A stretch of 64,000 nt of DNA, from assembly GCA_964016885.1 (NCBI GenBank), contig OZ024742.1, positions 292,454,001 to 292,518,000 on the forward strand, in the 5' to 3' direction. Made by a program: the position numbers and the translations under genes. Shown in pieces: positions 1-13,644 of this stretch (positions are counted from its first letter, which is position 1; the number at the start of each line of letters is the position of its first letter). This DNA is from Eledone cirrhosa. Lineage: Eukaryota. The notes beneath the pieces are model-generated. The model saw only the letters and a program-made list of their open reading frames with translations, had not been told where the DNA came from and searched no databases.

Positions 1-267
1 ACACACAAAAACAAGATGGCGTAGGACAGAACAAAGGAGAGGCACAAAACAAAGAAAAGAATCCCTGGTCACTGATGAGGTCACAGAATGTGTGACGAAA
101 GAACTTTGACAATATATGAACAGCCGTCCGGTTGTGGAACCAACCAACCAACCGAAAGTTATAAATTTCTTAAATTTATAATTTAATTTAACCTATAATA
201 AATTGGAGCGAAACCAACTGGTGCGTGTGTTTCTTATTGGCAACATGACCCTCCCAAAGTATAACAA

Positions 268-270
<3 letters not shown>
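1..270 (+). mobile_element. Penelope-like element 3' UTR/pLTR (window starts inside it), runs into (TA)n
   Basis: Closely matches 42703-42970, which follows the GIY-YIG ORF at 41893-42573; contains a hammerhead motif. Confidence 0.8.
68..110 (+). ncRNA. Minimal type I hammerhead ribozyme (PLE family 1)
   Basis: GTCA-CTGATGA-G-GTCACA(gaatg)TGTGAC-GAAA-G(aa)C-TT-TGAC; stem I GTCA/TGAC, predicted cleavage after CUU; one extra G after the core. Confidence 0.65.
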
Positions 271-556
<286 letters not shown>

Positions 557-840
557 ACAGGCCGAAACAAATGAGATCGGGTAGGTGTCACGACAAAAAA
601 AAACACACAGTCCACGCTGTAATGTGGCCGTGTAGGCAACACGGTAAAAACCTCCCAGCCCCACACTGTAAATGTGGTTGGTGTTAGGAAGGGCATCCAG
701 CTGTAGAAAACCCGCCAGACAGTCCTATGCGAGCAAGACAATCACTCTTGCCTCAAGTGGGAAAACCCCCGTCCAAACCCATGCAAGCGTGGAACACGGA
801 CGTTAAACGTTGGTGATGATGATGATGATGATGATGATGA
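557..840 (+). mobile_element. 5'-truncated RTE LINE 3' UTR with (GAT)n tail
   Basis: Near-identical to 24586-24852, downstream of the RTE ORF stop. Confidence 0.85.
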
Positions 841-847
841 TATATAA

Positions 848-2153
848 CTGTGTGCAGACGATATTTGTTCGCAAGATTACTGTCTAGAAAAAAATAACAC
901 AGTAGTTTTATTTTTTAAGATATATTTATCAAACCTGGGTCAGTTTGTCTTCATGACTTGTTCTTTCGATCTCACTCGATAAACCCGCCATTGGCTTTGA
1001 TGACGGCCTCAAGGCGGCCTCGGAACTTGCTACAGGCCTTCGTCACTGTCCCCGACTTAGGCTCCTAAAGGCACTTGTGATCCTGGCCTTCAGATCGTCT
1101 TTCGTATTGCAGCTAGATCTTTTGGTGTCTCGTTCCACTACGCCCCACACAAAGAAGGCGAGGGGGTTGCAGTCAGGCGAGCTGGGAGGCCAGATGTCTG
1201 GTGAAGTGTGGTCGACGAAGTTCTCTGACAGACAGGCTTGGGTCTTTCGGCTGGTATGGCAGGGCGCTGAGTCTTGCTGCCACACGTACGGCCTACCTGC
1301 AGCTACCTGGTCGATCCAGGGCTTTACTACCTCACTCAGAACACGGATGTAGCCATCGGTGTTCAGCTTGAGGCCCCCAGGGAAGAAGTGAGGTGGCATG
1401 ACGTCACCTTGACTGCTGACGACACTTAAGACCAATGTTGTCGCTGGAAACTTTGTCTGCATGACTCTGGGCACGTCTTTGGATGAGACAGCGAGCCACC
1501 TGTTGTTCTGGGAGTTGATCTTCTGGTCTTGGCAGAAGTTTTTCTCGTCGGAGAAAAACCGCAGCATGTTTGGCTCCAGTGGGTGTTTCAACTTGTTGAT
1601 CAGCTTTTTTGCGTGCTTCAGTCGCTTTTCTTGCATCGCCTTTGACAGAAATTGCCCTTTCCTCATCTTGTATGAAACGTAGCGAATGTCTTCATGTACC
1701 ACCAGCCTAATGAGCTTTTCATCTACGCCTTTCTCCCTTGCAATTTCACGCATCGACTTGCTAGGTTCATTGTTGATGATATCCTGAACTTTAGCAACGA
1801 GCTCGGGCGTTCTGAAGGCGTCAGATCGTCGATCATGTGTTTTCCTCTCTGATGTTGCTTCGTAGTTGAATCCTGAATCTTCTAATTCCTTTCTGACCTT
1901 TTCCACCATTCTCCTGCTGACGCTGAGAAAGTCTGAAATTTCCTTATTTGTCCTCCCGGCACGGATTCCAAGAAGAACTCCGTGTCTCTTCCACAAATTT
2001 GGAGGTTCAAAATTATTCATAATCAATTATTCTGAAAATAAATAATGGAAATATAGTCACTGTTTTTATGAAGACAAGAGGGACAACGGAAGTAAAAAAA
2101 ATTTGTATAAAATTAGCAATTGAAAATTGTGAACAAATATCGTCCACACCCTG
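848..2153 (-). mobile_element. Full-length Tc1/mariner DNA transposon, DD37D (maT) type, about 1.3 kb
   Basis: 27-bp TIRs: CTGTGTGCAGACGATATTTGTTCGCAA (848-874) vs revcomp of 2127-2153 CAGGGTGTGGACGATATTTGTTCACAA (5 mismatches); TA context at both ends. Confidence 0.92.
972..2026 (-). pseudogene. maT/DD37D transposase, frameshifted and catalytically mutated
   Basis: N-terminal HTH, FFSDEKNF, WQQDSAPCH, SPDCNPLAF with 37 residues after the second D and the third D replaced by A; C-terminus ACSKFRGRLEAVIKANGGFIE* continues in another frame to 972. Confidence 0.9.
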
Positions 2154-2184
<31 letters not shown>

Positions 2185-2308
2185 ATGTGTGTATGTGTGT
2201 GTGCATGTGTGTGTGTGTGTGAATGTGTGTGAATATGCGTGTGTATGTGTACACGCACATGAGTACAGGAAGTACTCGTTTCTGAATGTGGGTGTGTATG
2301 TATGTATT

Positions 2309-2355
<47 letters not shown>

Positions 2356-2944
2356 CTATTTCTTGGCATGAAGAAAGAAAGAAAGAAAGTCAGAAGTAAA
2401 GAAGCAATATGATAATGATATTGATGTATTAGTGGAGATATGACAGCTAATGAAAGCATCAGTAGCAGAAGTAGAACATTTTCAATGGTAGTAAGTAAAG
2501 AGATGAGACAGCAAGGTTAATTTTTCTGATTCATTTCATTCGACCTATTCAACTATCATCTTAAGCAACAGTTAAAAGGAATTTTTGTCAAGAACATTTA
2601 GATCAATGGCTCGACTAGATTACTGGTGCCAAAGGTTAGAGAAAAGTTTGGAATCTAGTTGAACCGAAGAACCAAATTGTAACTGATCTTAGTTAAATAT
2701 AACTTTCTTAGCAGAATTATAAAAGGAAGAAATTAGTATCAAGTAAAAATATATTTTAAGAAGTTCAAATAAGATATGAATTAACCTAGATTTAACCTAT
2801 AATCACAGTGGAGGCATGTAAGACTAGAGCTAGAATTTAACATATAATGAGTCTTTACAAACGTTTGAATCAAATCTTCAATGAATGTAGAGGCAGGAGA
2901 CATCAATAACATTTTAGAAAATTTCAAATGTTCAAATATGTTTA

Positions 2945-3700
2945 CAGTGTCACAACAGTGATTAGTTGACAGCTCAGCCCCTCTCGTAATATGAACATCT
3001 AGCACAGAATCGAAGAGATTAGAGACAATAACAAAATCAATTATTGATTTCTGTCCCTGATTCACCTTAAGTATTTATGAATGTTTTTTTATGCTAGAAG
3101 GTGTTCATAATATAGAGTTCATTACTAGAACAGAAGTGCATCCTCACAAGGTGGAGAGAAGTCTTTGCTGATCTCCTAAATCCAGTCAGAACAGCATCTT
3201 CTAATGTACACAAAGTTCATCTCTGAATGTTAACTAACTTCTTAGAGATTGAGATCACAAGATGAATTAAAGAGCTCAAATGTGGACAAGCTACTGGGGA
3301 GGATGAATTTAGGCTTGAGATGTTAAAAGCTTTTAAATAGAGAAGGTATTCTCTGGCTGACTTGTGTGTGCTGAGTTGCCGAGATCTCTGGAAAGACACC
3401 TAATCAATGTAAATCAGGAGTGATAATCCCAATTTTCAAAAGGATGGACAAGAGAGATTGCTCCAATTTTAGAGGAATCTCCTTGTTAAGCTCTCTGGTA
3501 AAGTCTATGCTAAATGCTTAGCAAAAACATGTAAGGATATTGCTGAGTCTAAGCTAGCTGACAAATATGGTTTTCACCCTGGACACAGCTGACTAAATAT
3601 TCACCCTGCAGGAGGTCTCTGAGAAACTGGGGGAATATTGCCAAGGGGTGTATTCTTATTTTGTAAACCTCAAAAAGGTTTATGACCATGTTCACAGTTT
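2945..3700. mobile_element. Degenerate APE-LINE fragments (endonuclease remnant on -, RT remnant on +)
   Basis: QKSIIDFVIVS...GAELSTNH on -; on +, decayed G-E-DEF, IIPIFK, NFRGISLLS and KKVYDHV motifs. Confidence 0.55.
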
Positions 3701-4434
3701 GTGACAACATTTGCCTTTGGAATTACGAATGCAGTCCATCTTGTAATATTGTGCAAATGGCTGAGTATTCCAGATAATTACAGAGTAGCCTTAACACAAT
3801 TCTCAGGGACATTCATTGTCTCATGGATGGCTCTGTAAATTACAGATACTGTCATTTCAACAGGCTTCCAAACAGTTTCCATCTACACAATTTCACTCAC
3901 AAGGCTTAGGTTGATCTGAAGTTATAGTAAATGTAACTTTCCCAACATGTTGTGCTGTGGTATTGAACATGAAACCTTTTAGTTGCAAAATAAACTTCTT
4001 AAATATTTAGCCATCCTGTATCAACAGGTTCTATTTTAAACCATTTGTTGTATTCTAACATTGTATACTAAGATATTTTTTTACCTTATTTCATTGGAAT
4101 TTGTACAGAACTAAGGAAAAATAAGATTAGAAGTTATCTCCTCTTGAGGAATAGCAAATGTAAAATATATATCAATAGCTTATAGCTTTCTGTATAAATC
4201 TTCAACAAAGGTATTGACTATAGTATGGAATGGCCTGAGGATATTGAGAGAAATAGTAGAATATATATTGCATAATAGAAATAAAAGTTGTATAGCAAAA
4301 GCAGGAGAATTACATTTGACAGAGTTGATAATAAGATGTTGGATTATCATGTAAATAATTGTCAGTTTATATAACTGGTATTAATGTTGGTTTATGTCAG
4401 TGGAGAACAATAGGGATTAGAGACAGTCTAATAC

Positions 4435-4682
4435 ACTAGGGTAGCACAGATTGCACATTAGGGTAGCACAGATAGTAAACCAGAGTACTACAGAAAGTAC
4501 AAGGCAGCACAGATAATACAACATCATGCCACAGATAGTACATCAAGGTTCCACAGATAATAAACCAGTGTACCACAAATAGCACATGAGGGTACAACAG
4601 ATAGTACAGGATGCCACAGATAGAACACCAGGGTACCACTATAGTACAGAGTATCACAGATTGTACACCAGGGTGCCACAGT
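4435..4682. repeat. Degenerate minisatellite, about 21-bp unit (CAGATAGTACACCAGGGTACCA-like)
   Basis: Direct reading. Confidence 0.75.
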
Positions 4683-4737
4683 TAATAAAGGGTACACTTT
4701 ATATAATAGTTGGTATATTTTAACATTGAATTCAATC

Positions 4738-5212
4738 CACTGTACAATGTAACTATGGTAACTAAGACAATTCTTCCCACTGTATAGTGTAACTATGGTG
4801 ACTAAGGCAATTGCTCTCACCGTTATTTACACTGTACAGTGAGAGCAATTGCCTTAGTCACCATAGTTACACTGTACAGTGGGAAGAATTGTCTTAGTTA
4901 CCATAATTACATTCATTGTACAGTGGGAGCAATTGCCTTAGTTACCATAGTTACATTGTACAGTGAGAGAAATTGCCTTAGTTACCTTAGTTACACTGCA
5001 ATTGTCTTAGTTACCATAGTTACACTGTGCAATGGGAAGAATTGTCTTTGTTACCATAGTTACACTGTACAGTGGGAAGAATTGTCTTAGTTACCATAGT
5101 TACCATAGTTCCATTGTACAATCTGATCAATTACTTTTATTACCTTATACAGTGGGAATGCGTTAGTCACCATAGTTACACTGTAGAATCGTTCAACTTG
5201 CCCTAGTTACTA
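4738..5212. repeat. About 40-bp minisatellite whose first two units are inverted
   Basis: Unit TTACACTGTACAGTGGGAAGAATTGTCTTAGTTACCATAG; 4738-4820 is the reverse complement of 4839-4926. Confidence 0.85.
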
Positions 5213-5576
5213 TATTTTTACACAAGAAGGGTGGTAGATGTCAGAGTTGGTAGAATATTAAACAGGGTAGATTGCAGTATCCAACTAGATACAGCCCCTG
5301 ATGATGTGAGTTCAAATCTTACTAAGGGAGATTCTATCTTTTATCTTCACGAGTTTGATATAAACACCAATCATATTCTATAGGTAGGTCAATATAATCA
5401 ACTATGCACCCACCTCCACAATTTCTAGCCTTAAATCGATGTTAGAAATCAATATATTGATTATATATCATTCAATAGAAACTTTAAGTGTTACAAATAA
5501 GCAACAGATTTTATTTCCTTCACTGACTAACTCGATTATTCTGTCCCAATTTGTTTTTTGTTTCGTTTTTTTTTTT

Positions 5577-5918
5577 GTCATCATCATTCTCACTGTCACC
5601 ATCATCACAATCATCATCATCATCATCATTGTCGTCATTATCATCATCATCATCATCCTCATCCTGATTATCACCATCATCATCATCATCATACACAGGC
5701 CATATGATGATGATCATCATCGGCATCATCATCATCATCATCCATATCATCATTGCCACCAACATCATCATCATTGTCATCATCATACACAGGCCATGTA
5801 TATCATCATCATCATCGTCATCATTGTCATTACCGTCATTGGCGTCATCATCATCATCATCATCATCATTGTAGTTATCATCATCCATATCCTCATTGCC
5901 ATAATCATCATCATCATT
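5577..5918. repeat. (CAT)n imperfect microsatellite (similar tracts at 6600-6810, 10790-10940, 34255-34440, 62307-62432)
   Basis: Direct reading. Confidence 0.9.
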
Positions 5919-6721
5919 AGATAGCTAGATATCAAGCTATCTAGCTAAATTTCCAGCCATGACCAACCTATCTATTTTTTGAGATTCTGTATCTGGGATT
6001 AGATTATTCAAAAATATTCTTCTTACTTTAAGAAAGTAGGGTGTAATATGTGGGAGACTTGGCTGCTATGTCTAGCAAGTTAATCAACTTTGTTTTGGCT
6101 TCTGACCCTCTCTCTTTTTACCCCCTCTACCCTCTCTCTTCCCTCTCTTCTCCACTCTCTTCTCCTATCTCTAAGTTTCCATATTTGTTGAGATCAGTTT
6201 CATTCATGTTTCAACAGAAAACAAAATCTGACAAGTTAACTCTAGTCATCTGGATTAACCAACAGTCGGTATTATACAAATTAATTATAACAATATTGTT
6301 TCTACCCCTCATCAATATATCAAGCCATAGCCTCCTCGTTAGAACAAATACTAAACTAAACAGACAGATGATAATAATAAAGTGAGTAGATAACAGAGGC
6401 TGGATGGGGAGAGGTTTAATAAGACTGAAACATGTCTATAGTTGTCTCCCATACTTACTGCAATAAGATTGAAATAATATTAATCATTTAGGTAATGTAT
6501 ATTTTTCTTCTGTCATCACATAATTATTAATTGATTAAATAATTAGATATTATATTCCTTGTTACATTGAATACGATGGCTATAATTTGGACATATTGAT
6601 TGTCATCATCATCATGATCATCATCATTGCCATCATAATCATCATCATCATCATCATCAATATCATTGTCATCATCATCGTCGTCATCATCATCGTCATT
6701 GTCGTCATCATCATCATTATC

Positions 6722-6753
<32 letters not shown>

Positions 6754-9368
6754 CACCATCATCATTATCATCACTAGCTTCATGATCATCACAAGCATCA
6801 TGATCATCATTTGAGTACAGTAGCAGACATCAACAATCCTACTCATTGCACTCATAATCAGTTGTGGTCCCATATGTCATAGGATTAGCTCTAGCCATTG
6901 GTAAGATTTCAATCCCTAGGTAGAACTTGAACTCAAAGTGCAGTTACAGATACTGCAAGATATCTTGTCCAACACTCTAACAATTCCACCAGCTTGCCAC
7001 CACTCCCAAGCTCATACTTTATTTTATGGACCCCAAAATGATGTGAGTCAAAGTTTTCATCAGTGGGATTTGAACTCAAAATATAGTGGTGGTTGTGGTT
7101 TTTGCAAAGGTTATAGTAGTAGTTGTAAGAGTGATGAGGTAGAGCTATAATAATGGGTTTATGTGCCCTGTGATTTACACTATTTTCTATAGTCCAAAAA
7201 TTTGATAAAGCTTTAACTTTCTCATAAATTTCAAATTTCATTCAACCTTTCTAAACACACATTGATATATATCATATATATATCGGCTAACCCATGTTAG
7301 TGTGGAAAATAGACGTGTGATGATGATATATATATGTGGGGGGGATGAGGATGATTGTGGTGGTGATAATGGTAATAATAATAATAATAATAATGATTTC
7401 TGATTTAGGCCAAAGGTCAACGATTTAAGCAGCAGTATATATATATATAAATAATCTATTTTTAGAACCGTTGAGGGATAGGAAGTTTTCAATTCATAAG
7501 TTAGAAACATCAACCATTTTTTTGTAATGTTTTTTTTTTATATGAAAGATAATCTTATAATTTGGATATATAAACTCTGGAGATGGAAAAAACATGACAA
7601 AGCAATATAATTCAGGTGTGTGTTCAAGTCCCACGGGCAGTGCAGTATAATTTGTTTCCATCTCCAGGGTTTAAATGTCCAACTTAGACTACTTTTCATC
7701 GTAAAATGATGATGATGATGGAACTTGGATGTAGTTTCAAATCTTGTTCTTTCTTCCTTCATCAAAAAATAAATTACCAATCGAATGAAGATAAAAATAG
7801 TTGGAGTAAAATAACATGCCCAAGAACAGAATTCATTTATATCCTTTGACTTATTGCAAAATTATGGAATGATTACATTTTGTGGCAGTTACCATTTAAA
7901 TCATTCGTTTCTTCAGTCTCTAGATTGCCATGTTCCTCCACCAAATTGAGAGGAAAACATCACACATGAAGTATGACATCTGTGCAGTGGAATAACTAAT
8001 GTAGTGGATATTGCTGACTGTTATTTGAGGCAATCTTTTCCCCATCTTTCCCAGCTGAGATATAATGTGCAGCCAAATTGACCACCCCCTCCTGCCCTTT
8101 TTTTTGCTTTTTGTTGTTTTTTTTGTTTTAGTTTTTGTCATTTTACTTTTAAGTGTTTCATGAATCCTAAATAAAATCTATAAACACCTAAAAAAGAAAC
8201 TAATTTTTTTTCCTTCAAAATGAAAATACAATTTTAACACCTCATTAACTTGAAATATATTTAGATTTAAAGGATTATAAATTTTATAAATTCATTGGAT
8301 ATTTTTTTAAATATCTGATTTTTTAAAGAGATTATGGAAAATTAAAAAAAAATCTATATCTTAATATTTTCGCAGAAATTATGTAAAATTTTCAGAATCT
8401 ATATCTTAACAATTTATTTTCGAATTCATTTGACATCTTTCTTTCTCTTATCTATTTAATTATCATTATCTAGGAAATGAATTCAATTATGTATCTCCTA
8501 ACACTAACAATTTCTTTCCAATAGAAGTAAAGAATTATATTGAAAATACAAAAATACAATCGTTTATATATAATTCAAAACCATCAATGTGTAAAATTGC
8601 TGCCCACTATTTTGTTATTGTTTTACTAAATTACATTACATGTTTAATTATTTAATAAAAAGATCATACAATTAAGATTGTTGATTATTATTCTAACAGT
8701 TTAAAACAGACATTAGTCTTAGTATTTTTTTTTATTTTCTTCAGTAAAATATTGTTTTGGGTGTACATAAAATATAACAGGAGGAAATTGAAATGGAATT
8801 AAAACTTTAATTACACTATATTACACACACTCACATACAAACATACATGCACAGAGACATGCACAACACACACACACATGCACAGAGACATGAGACACAC
8901 ACAGAGACAAACATTTACACACTCACACACACACATGTACGCAGACATGCACACACACACAGACTCACACATACACACACATGCCCACACATGCACATAC
9001 ACATGCACATAGACACACACATACATGCACACACATGTAAATACACACACTCATACACACATGCAGAGAAACAGACACATATTTCATATATTCACACACG
9101 TGTGTATGTGTTGTTAGTTAAATTTTAATCATACTATATTGTTGTTGGATTTTTGTCAGTTATGATGAAGAGTGTTCCACAGAACAACAGAACAACAGAA
9201 CAGCCTGCTTGAGAAATTAATTTGTAAATGATTGAGTATTCCACAGACACGTGTACCCTTTAGATAATTTTCAGAGAGATTCAGTGTGATACAGTATGTG
9301 TGTGATAGAGACTGGTCCTTTGAATTACGGGTACAACTCATTTTTACCAACCGAGTGAACTGGAACAA

Positions 9369-9765
9369 CTCTTGGGTCTTGAATAATTGCCCCCCATCAT
9401 CTTGTGCTTATTAATTTTTCAGCCCCCCCCCCCCCCTTTTTTTATTCCACATACCCCCACCGCTCTTATTCCAACTTACCTGCTTATTAAATTTTTCTAA
9501 TTGATCTCCAGCAAAATTTTATTTTAAGTGGTAGCATTCCTACAACAATTAATTTTCTTTAGACATTATACATGACAAAAAAAGTACATTACTAGAAATG
9601 CCATACATTATACAATATATAGGATGGGTTGGGGTCTCAATCTGTAAACTAAACGACTAATTCTGGTTTTTAAAAAAAATCAATGGAGACAAACTAAAAA
9701 GATTATTGATTTTCCTCCCTCCACTCTGCATGCTTATTCCTATCATACACCACTTTACAGAGTAT
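9369..9765. mobile_element. Non-autonomous DNA transposon (MITE), decayed copy
   Basis: Internal about 230 bp closely matches 32860-33060; left end CTCTTGGGTCTTGAATAAT resembles the TIR of that copy. Confidence 0.7.
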
Positions 9766-9859
9766 ACTGGGTGCATTTATCAAGTCACCAATACTAGAGA
9801 GTTTGATATACCTCTGGCACAGCTGAAGAGTCCTCTCAACCCTTTTTGTTATGCTAAAA

Positions 9860-10330
9860 TGATGGCAGGAAATACTAATAGAAAGGAGGTGGTATAAACA
9901 TATACCAGAAAAATCTCAGACAATGACAAAGCAACAATATTGTGGGATCTGACGCTACACAGACAGGGAGATCAAGGCTAATTGTGTAGCTAAAAGAAAT
10001 GAAGAGATTATCTATATAATAAGATCTGGAGATAGAAATAACCAGAATGTGACAATTGAAAACAAACAATTCCAGTAATAAATAGCAGGTGTCTTGGGAA
10101 TGATACAAAAATACACAAAATAATACATAAAGCTATGGACTTAAAGAGCATAGAGGAAACAGCACTACTGGTCACTGCATACATATTATATAGGGTATTT
10201 ACAATACAATAGAGAAATATAAAACTACAACACACTTCATATACCCAAAGCACACACAGCTATGCTCAGTTTTGAAGTAAAAAAAAATCATGCAATGAAA
10301 ACTAAACTACTGAAATATTAATAATAATTG
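9860..10330 (+). mobile_element. Degenerate RLE-type (R4/Dong-like) LINE 3' end
   Basis: Decayed WYKHIPE, ATILWD, TDREIKAN, GVLGMI and LLVTAYIL motifs; ends in short (AAT)n. Confidence 0.55.
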
Positions 10331-10791
10331 TGAACTTAATCATTTCAATTCGATTTTACATTTGCTTACTGTATTGGATAATCGATATTTTTGTTACATC
10401 AATAGTGATAGCGTTTGCTAGCAGCTTGCATTATTTGAGATCTATTAGTTCGCAAGCTTAGTGCAAACAACCTCTGAAAGCAATCTAGTAAGTGATTAGT
10501 TGAAGGAAGAAAAGAATCAACAAAGGAAACATGGCAAAATACAATATTGCATTATTAATATTATATCAAGGCCATAATTGCTATGTCCCAAGGGGTAAAC
10601 GTTTAGCTGTGAGCTGAAATCTGTTACTTTAAAATTAAAACTCGCTGCAGATTTATAGTTTGAAAACTATGGTTATGTAGATACAATCTTTCCTCAGTGG
10701 TTGATTAGTTAGGAAGAATTGTTGTAGAGGTGGTGGTGGTGGTGGCGGTGGTAGTGGTGGGTAATAACTTAAGCTTCAAAGTCACTAGGTT

Positions 10792-10822
<31 letters not shown>

Positions 10823-13308
10823 GCGTTGTCATTATCATCATCACCATCGTCATCATCATCGTCATCATCATCATCATCATCATTATCATCATCATCATCA
10901 TGGTCATCATCATCATCATCATCGTCTTCATTATCATCATTTTTTAAGTTTGTTTTTACATGTTTGCATGGGTTGGCTGAGTCTTCTCCAGCATAGCTTT
11001 TCTCCACTTGTGTTCCTCTGTCAGATTCAGTATTCAATATGAATGTGTATGTATGTAATATAGTTTAACTGTTAATACAGCTGTGTATGTGTGTAATATA
11101 GTTTAACTGATTATATAAATCTGTATGTACATAATATAGTTTAATTGTTGATACAGTTTCTGTCTAGACAGTTTTCACTCACAAGGCTTGAGTTGACCAG
11201 GGACTGTGGTAAATGACACTTGTTGAAGATGCCACAGCATGAGAGCAAACCCGGGACCTTATGATTGCAAAGCAAACTTTATAACCATTTAGCTATGCTA
11301 CATCTACACCAGATAATACAGGTTTGAGGTGAATGATAATAATATACCATACAACCAACCTTTCCAGCCCCCTTGATAGATCGAAAGATATGAGGAATAT
11401 TAACAACAGGATGATTATAAAACTTCCAAGTGTTGATGGCAACAGTATATTTTCTCCTCTAAAGTAGCAAAATTTAATTGATGTTGAATGTAATTAGCTC
11501 TCAAACGAGGTTTCTCACTCACCTCTCTTATCTGCAGAATAGTTTAATTAATGTTTCCACGGATACAGAAAAAAATATGATACTAAAATCAACCAAAGAA
11601 TTACATTTTTAGATTACAGGGTTTTTTTAGGTTTTCTTTTCATTTCATGAGTTCAAATTCTGAATTTATTTTATTTATATTTTATTTCATACAGCTATTA
11701 TCATTTTTAAGTGTTGATCCAAAACTTTTCTGCTAAAAGCCTTTCTGCATCCATTGGGAGTGGAAGAGGGAATTTTGTTTCAACATATCTCACAGTGTGT
11801 CTATAATGCAAGCTACAAATATGAAATATAAATGTTACATTAAGCATATAAAACATAAATCTAAATCAGCTGAGAACCATTTATGGTGTGATTAGATATT
11901 CAAAGATCGATATAAGGTTGTTTTTGTTGTCTTTTGTGTGCATATCAGGTTGTGTGGTAGAGAGAAACACAAGAGTTGTGGTGTAGAGACACAAGAGTTC
12001 TGTGGTAGGGACAAAAGTGATGTTAGGTAGGGATGTAAGAGTTGTGAATGGCTATAAATTGATGTAGTTGTGAAGTAGTAACTCAACTAAAGTGAGCTAG
12101 GGACATGGGAGTCATGAGTGGCTATAAATTGATGTGGCTGTGTGGTAGCGATTTGGAAGTTGTGAGGTAACAAACACAATACTGTGACAGGCTATAAGTC
12201 GATATGTTTGTGTTTTGTGGACATGGGCATTGTGTTGTAATAAACACAAGGTTGTGACTGACTATAAATTGATGTGGTTGTGTGGACGGGACACAAGTGT
12301 TCTGATGGGACAAATACAAGATTGTGATTGGCTATAGATTGAGGTGGTGTGCTCCATTTTCCCAGTTATGTGCCACATTTCCCCAAATAAAATTATTTCT
12401 ACTTGCATCTAGGGGAGCTGACAAATTTAGTTTTTAACACTTCTTGTTTTGATCACACTGGGAAAATTCCTAAGCCTACATTTTCCACTACATAGTCCAT
12501 ACCCACCCTCACCAAATCATGTGATAGATCATAACATTATACAATCCTCACCACCACTTAGGATATTTCCACAACAGCGTGGCAAAAATATTTAGGGATT
12601 TATTTACTGATTGCAGAAAATCCTTATATATTTTATTTAATTATATAAATATATATAAAACTGGGATTCTTTAAGGTTCATTAATGTGACTCTCTGAGGC
12701 CTGTGCACTTGGCAGCTCCCTAGTTGTCCTAATGGAAGCATTGGCTCTAATCCTGATTGTGTTCCAGTAATTAGTATATTCTTAAACTGATTCATATCCT
12801 CACCAAGCTCTGTAGATTTCTCTCCCAGTTTACCAAAACCCATGATAGTATGTTCCTTCCAATAAAGAGTGACATCACATACCTTTCTGCCAGCCTCTCC
12901 AATAAAACACTGCCTATGATTTTCAAAAATAAATTGGAGGGATTTAGTAATATGACTAACTTTCTCATTATCAAGTCTTCTGCATATGTTTTGAACATAA
13001 CAGAATTGTGATGAGAGGGTTTTAGATAAATATAAACTCCCTAACACTTTTCCTACCATATTTCTAATGAAAGACACTGCCTATGATTTAGAAAAATAAT
13101 TGAAAATAATAATGCATTTGGAGGGATTTACTAATAACATTATGATGAGAAGTTTTTAGACGAATATATATTCTTTAAAACAAACAGATCAATTTCAATA
13201 TCTCAAAAAACAAAAACTAGGAGAGAGTTATAATTAAACACTTTCTGGTTTCATTTTTTTATAACATCAGCACTATATATATACACACACATATATATAT
13301 ATATATAT

Positions 13309-13371
<63 letters not shown>

Positions 13372-13644
13372 AAGGGCCATTTAAAAAATGAAACCAGTAC
13401 AGACTATAAAGTAGTAGTGCTAGTGCCACTATAAAATGTATCCAATACACTCTGCAAAGTGTTTAACTAGGAAACGAAGTTATGACAACTTCTCTAATGC
13501 AGGTACTATGATTACATGCACCCAGTGTGCCAATCAAACTGGTAGGCATTAGGAAGGACATTGAAGTATAAATATCCTGCTAAAAATGTATGAGCACGAT
13601 AAGGTCTCTCTAACCCGCCTAGTTAGTATTTTATTATGGCGCCA

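Noticed and set aside
12637-13077. 146-aa ORF as a host gene
   Set aside because: No recognisable motif; overlaps a local duplication (12905-13030 vs 13075-13165)
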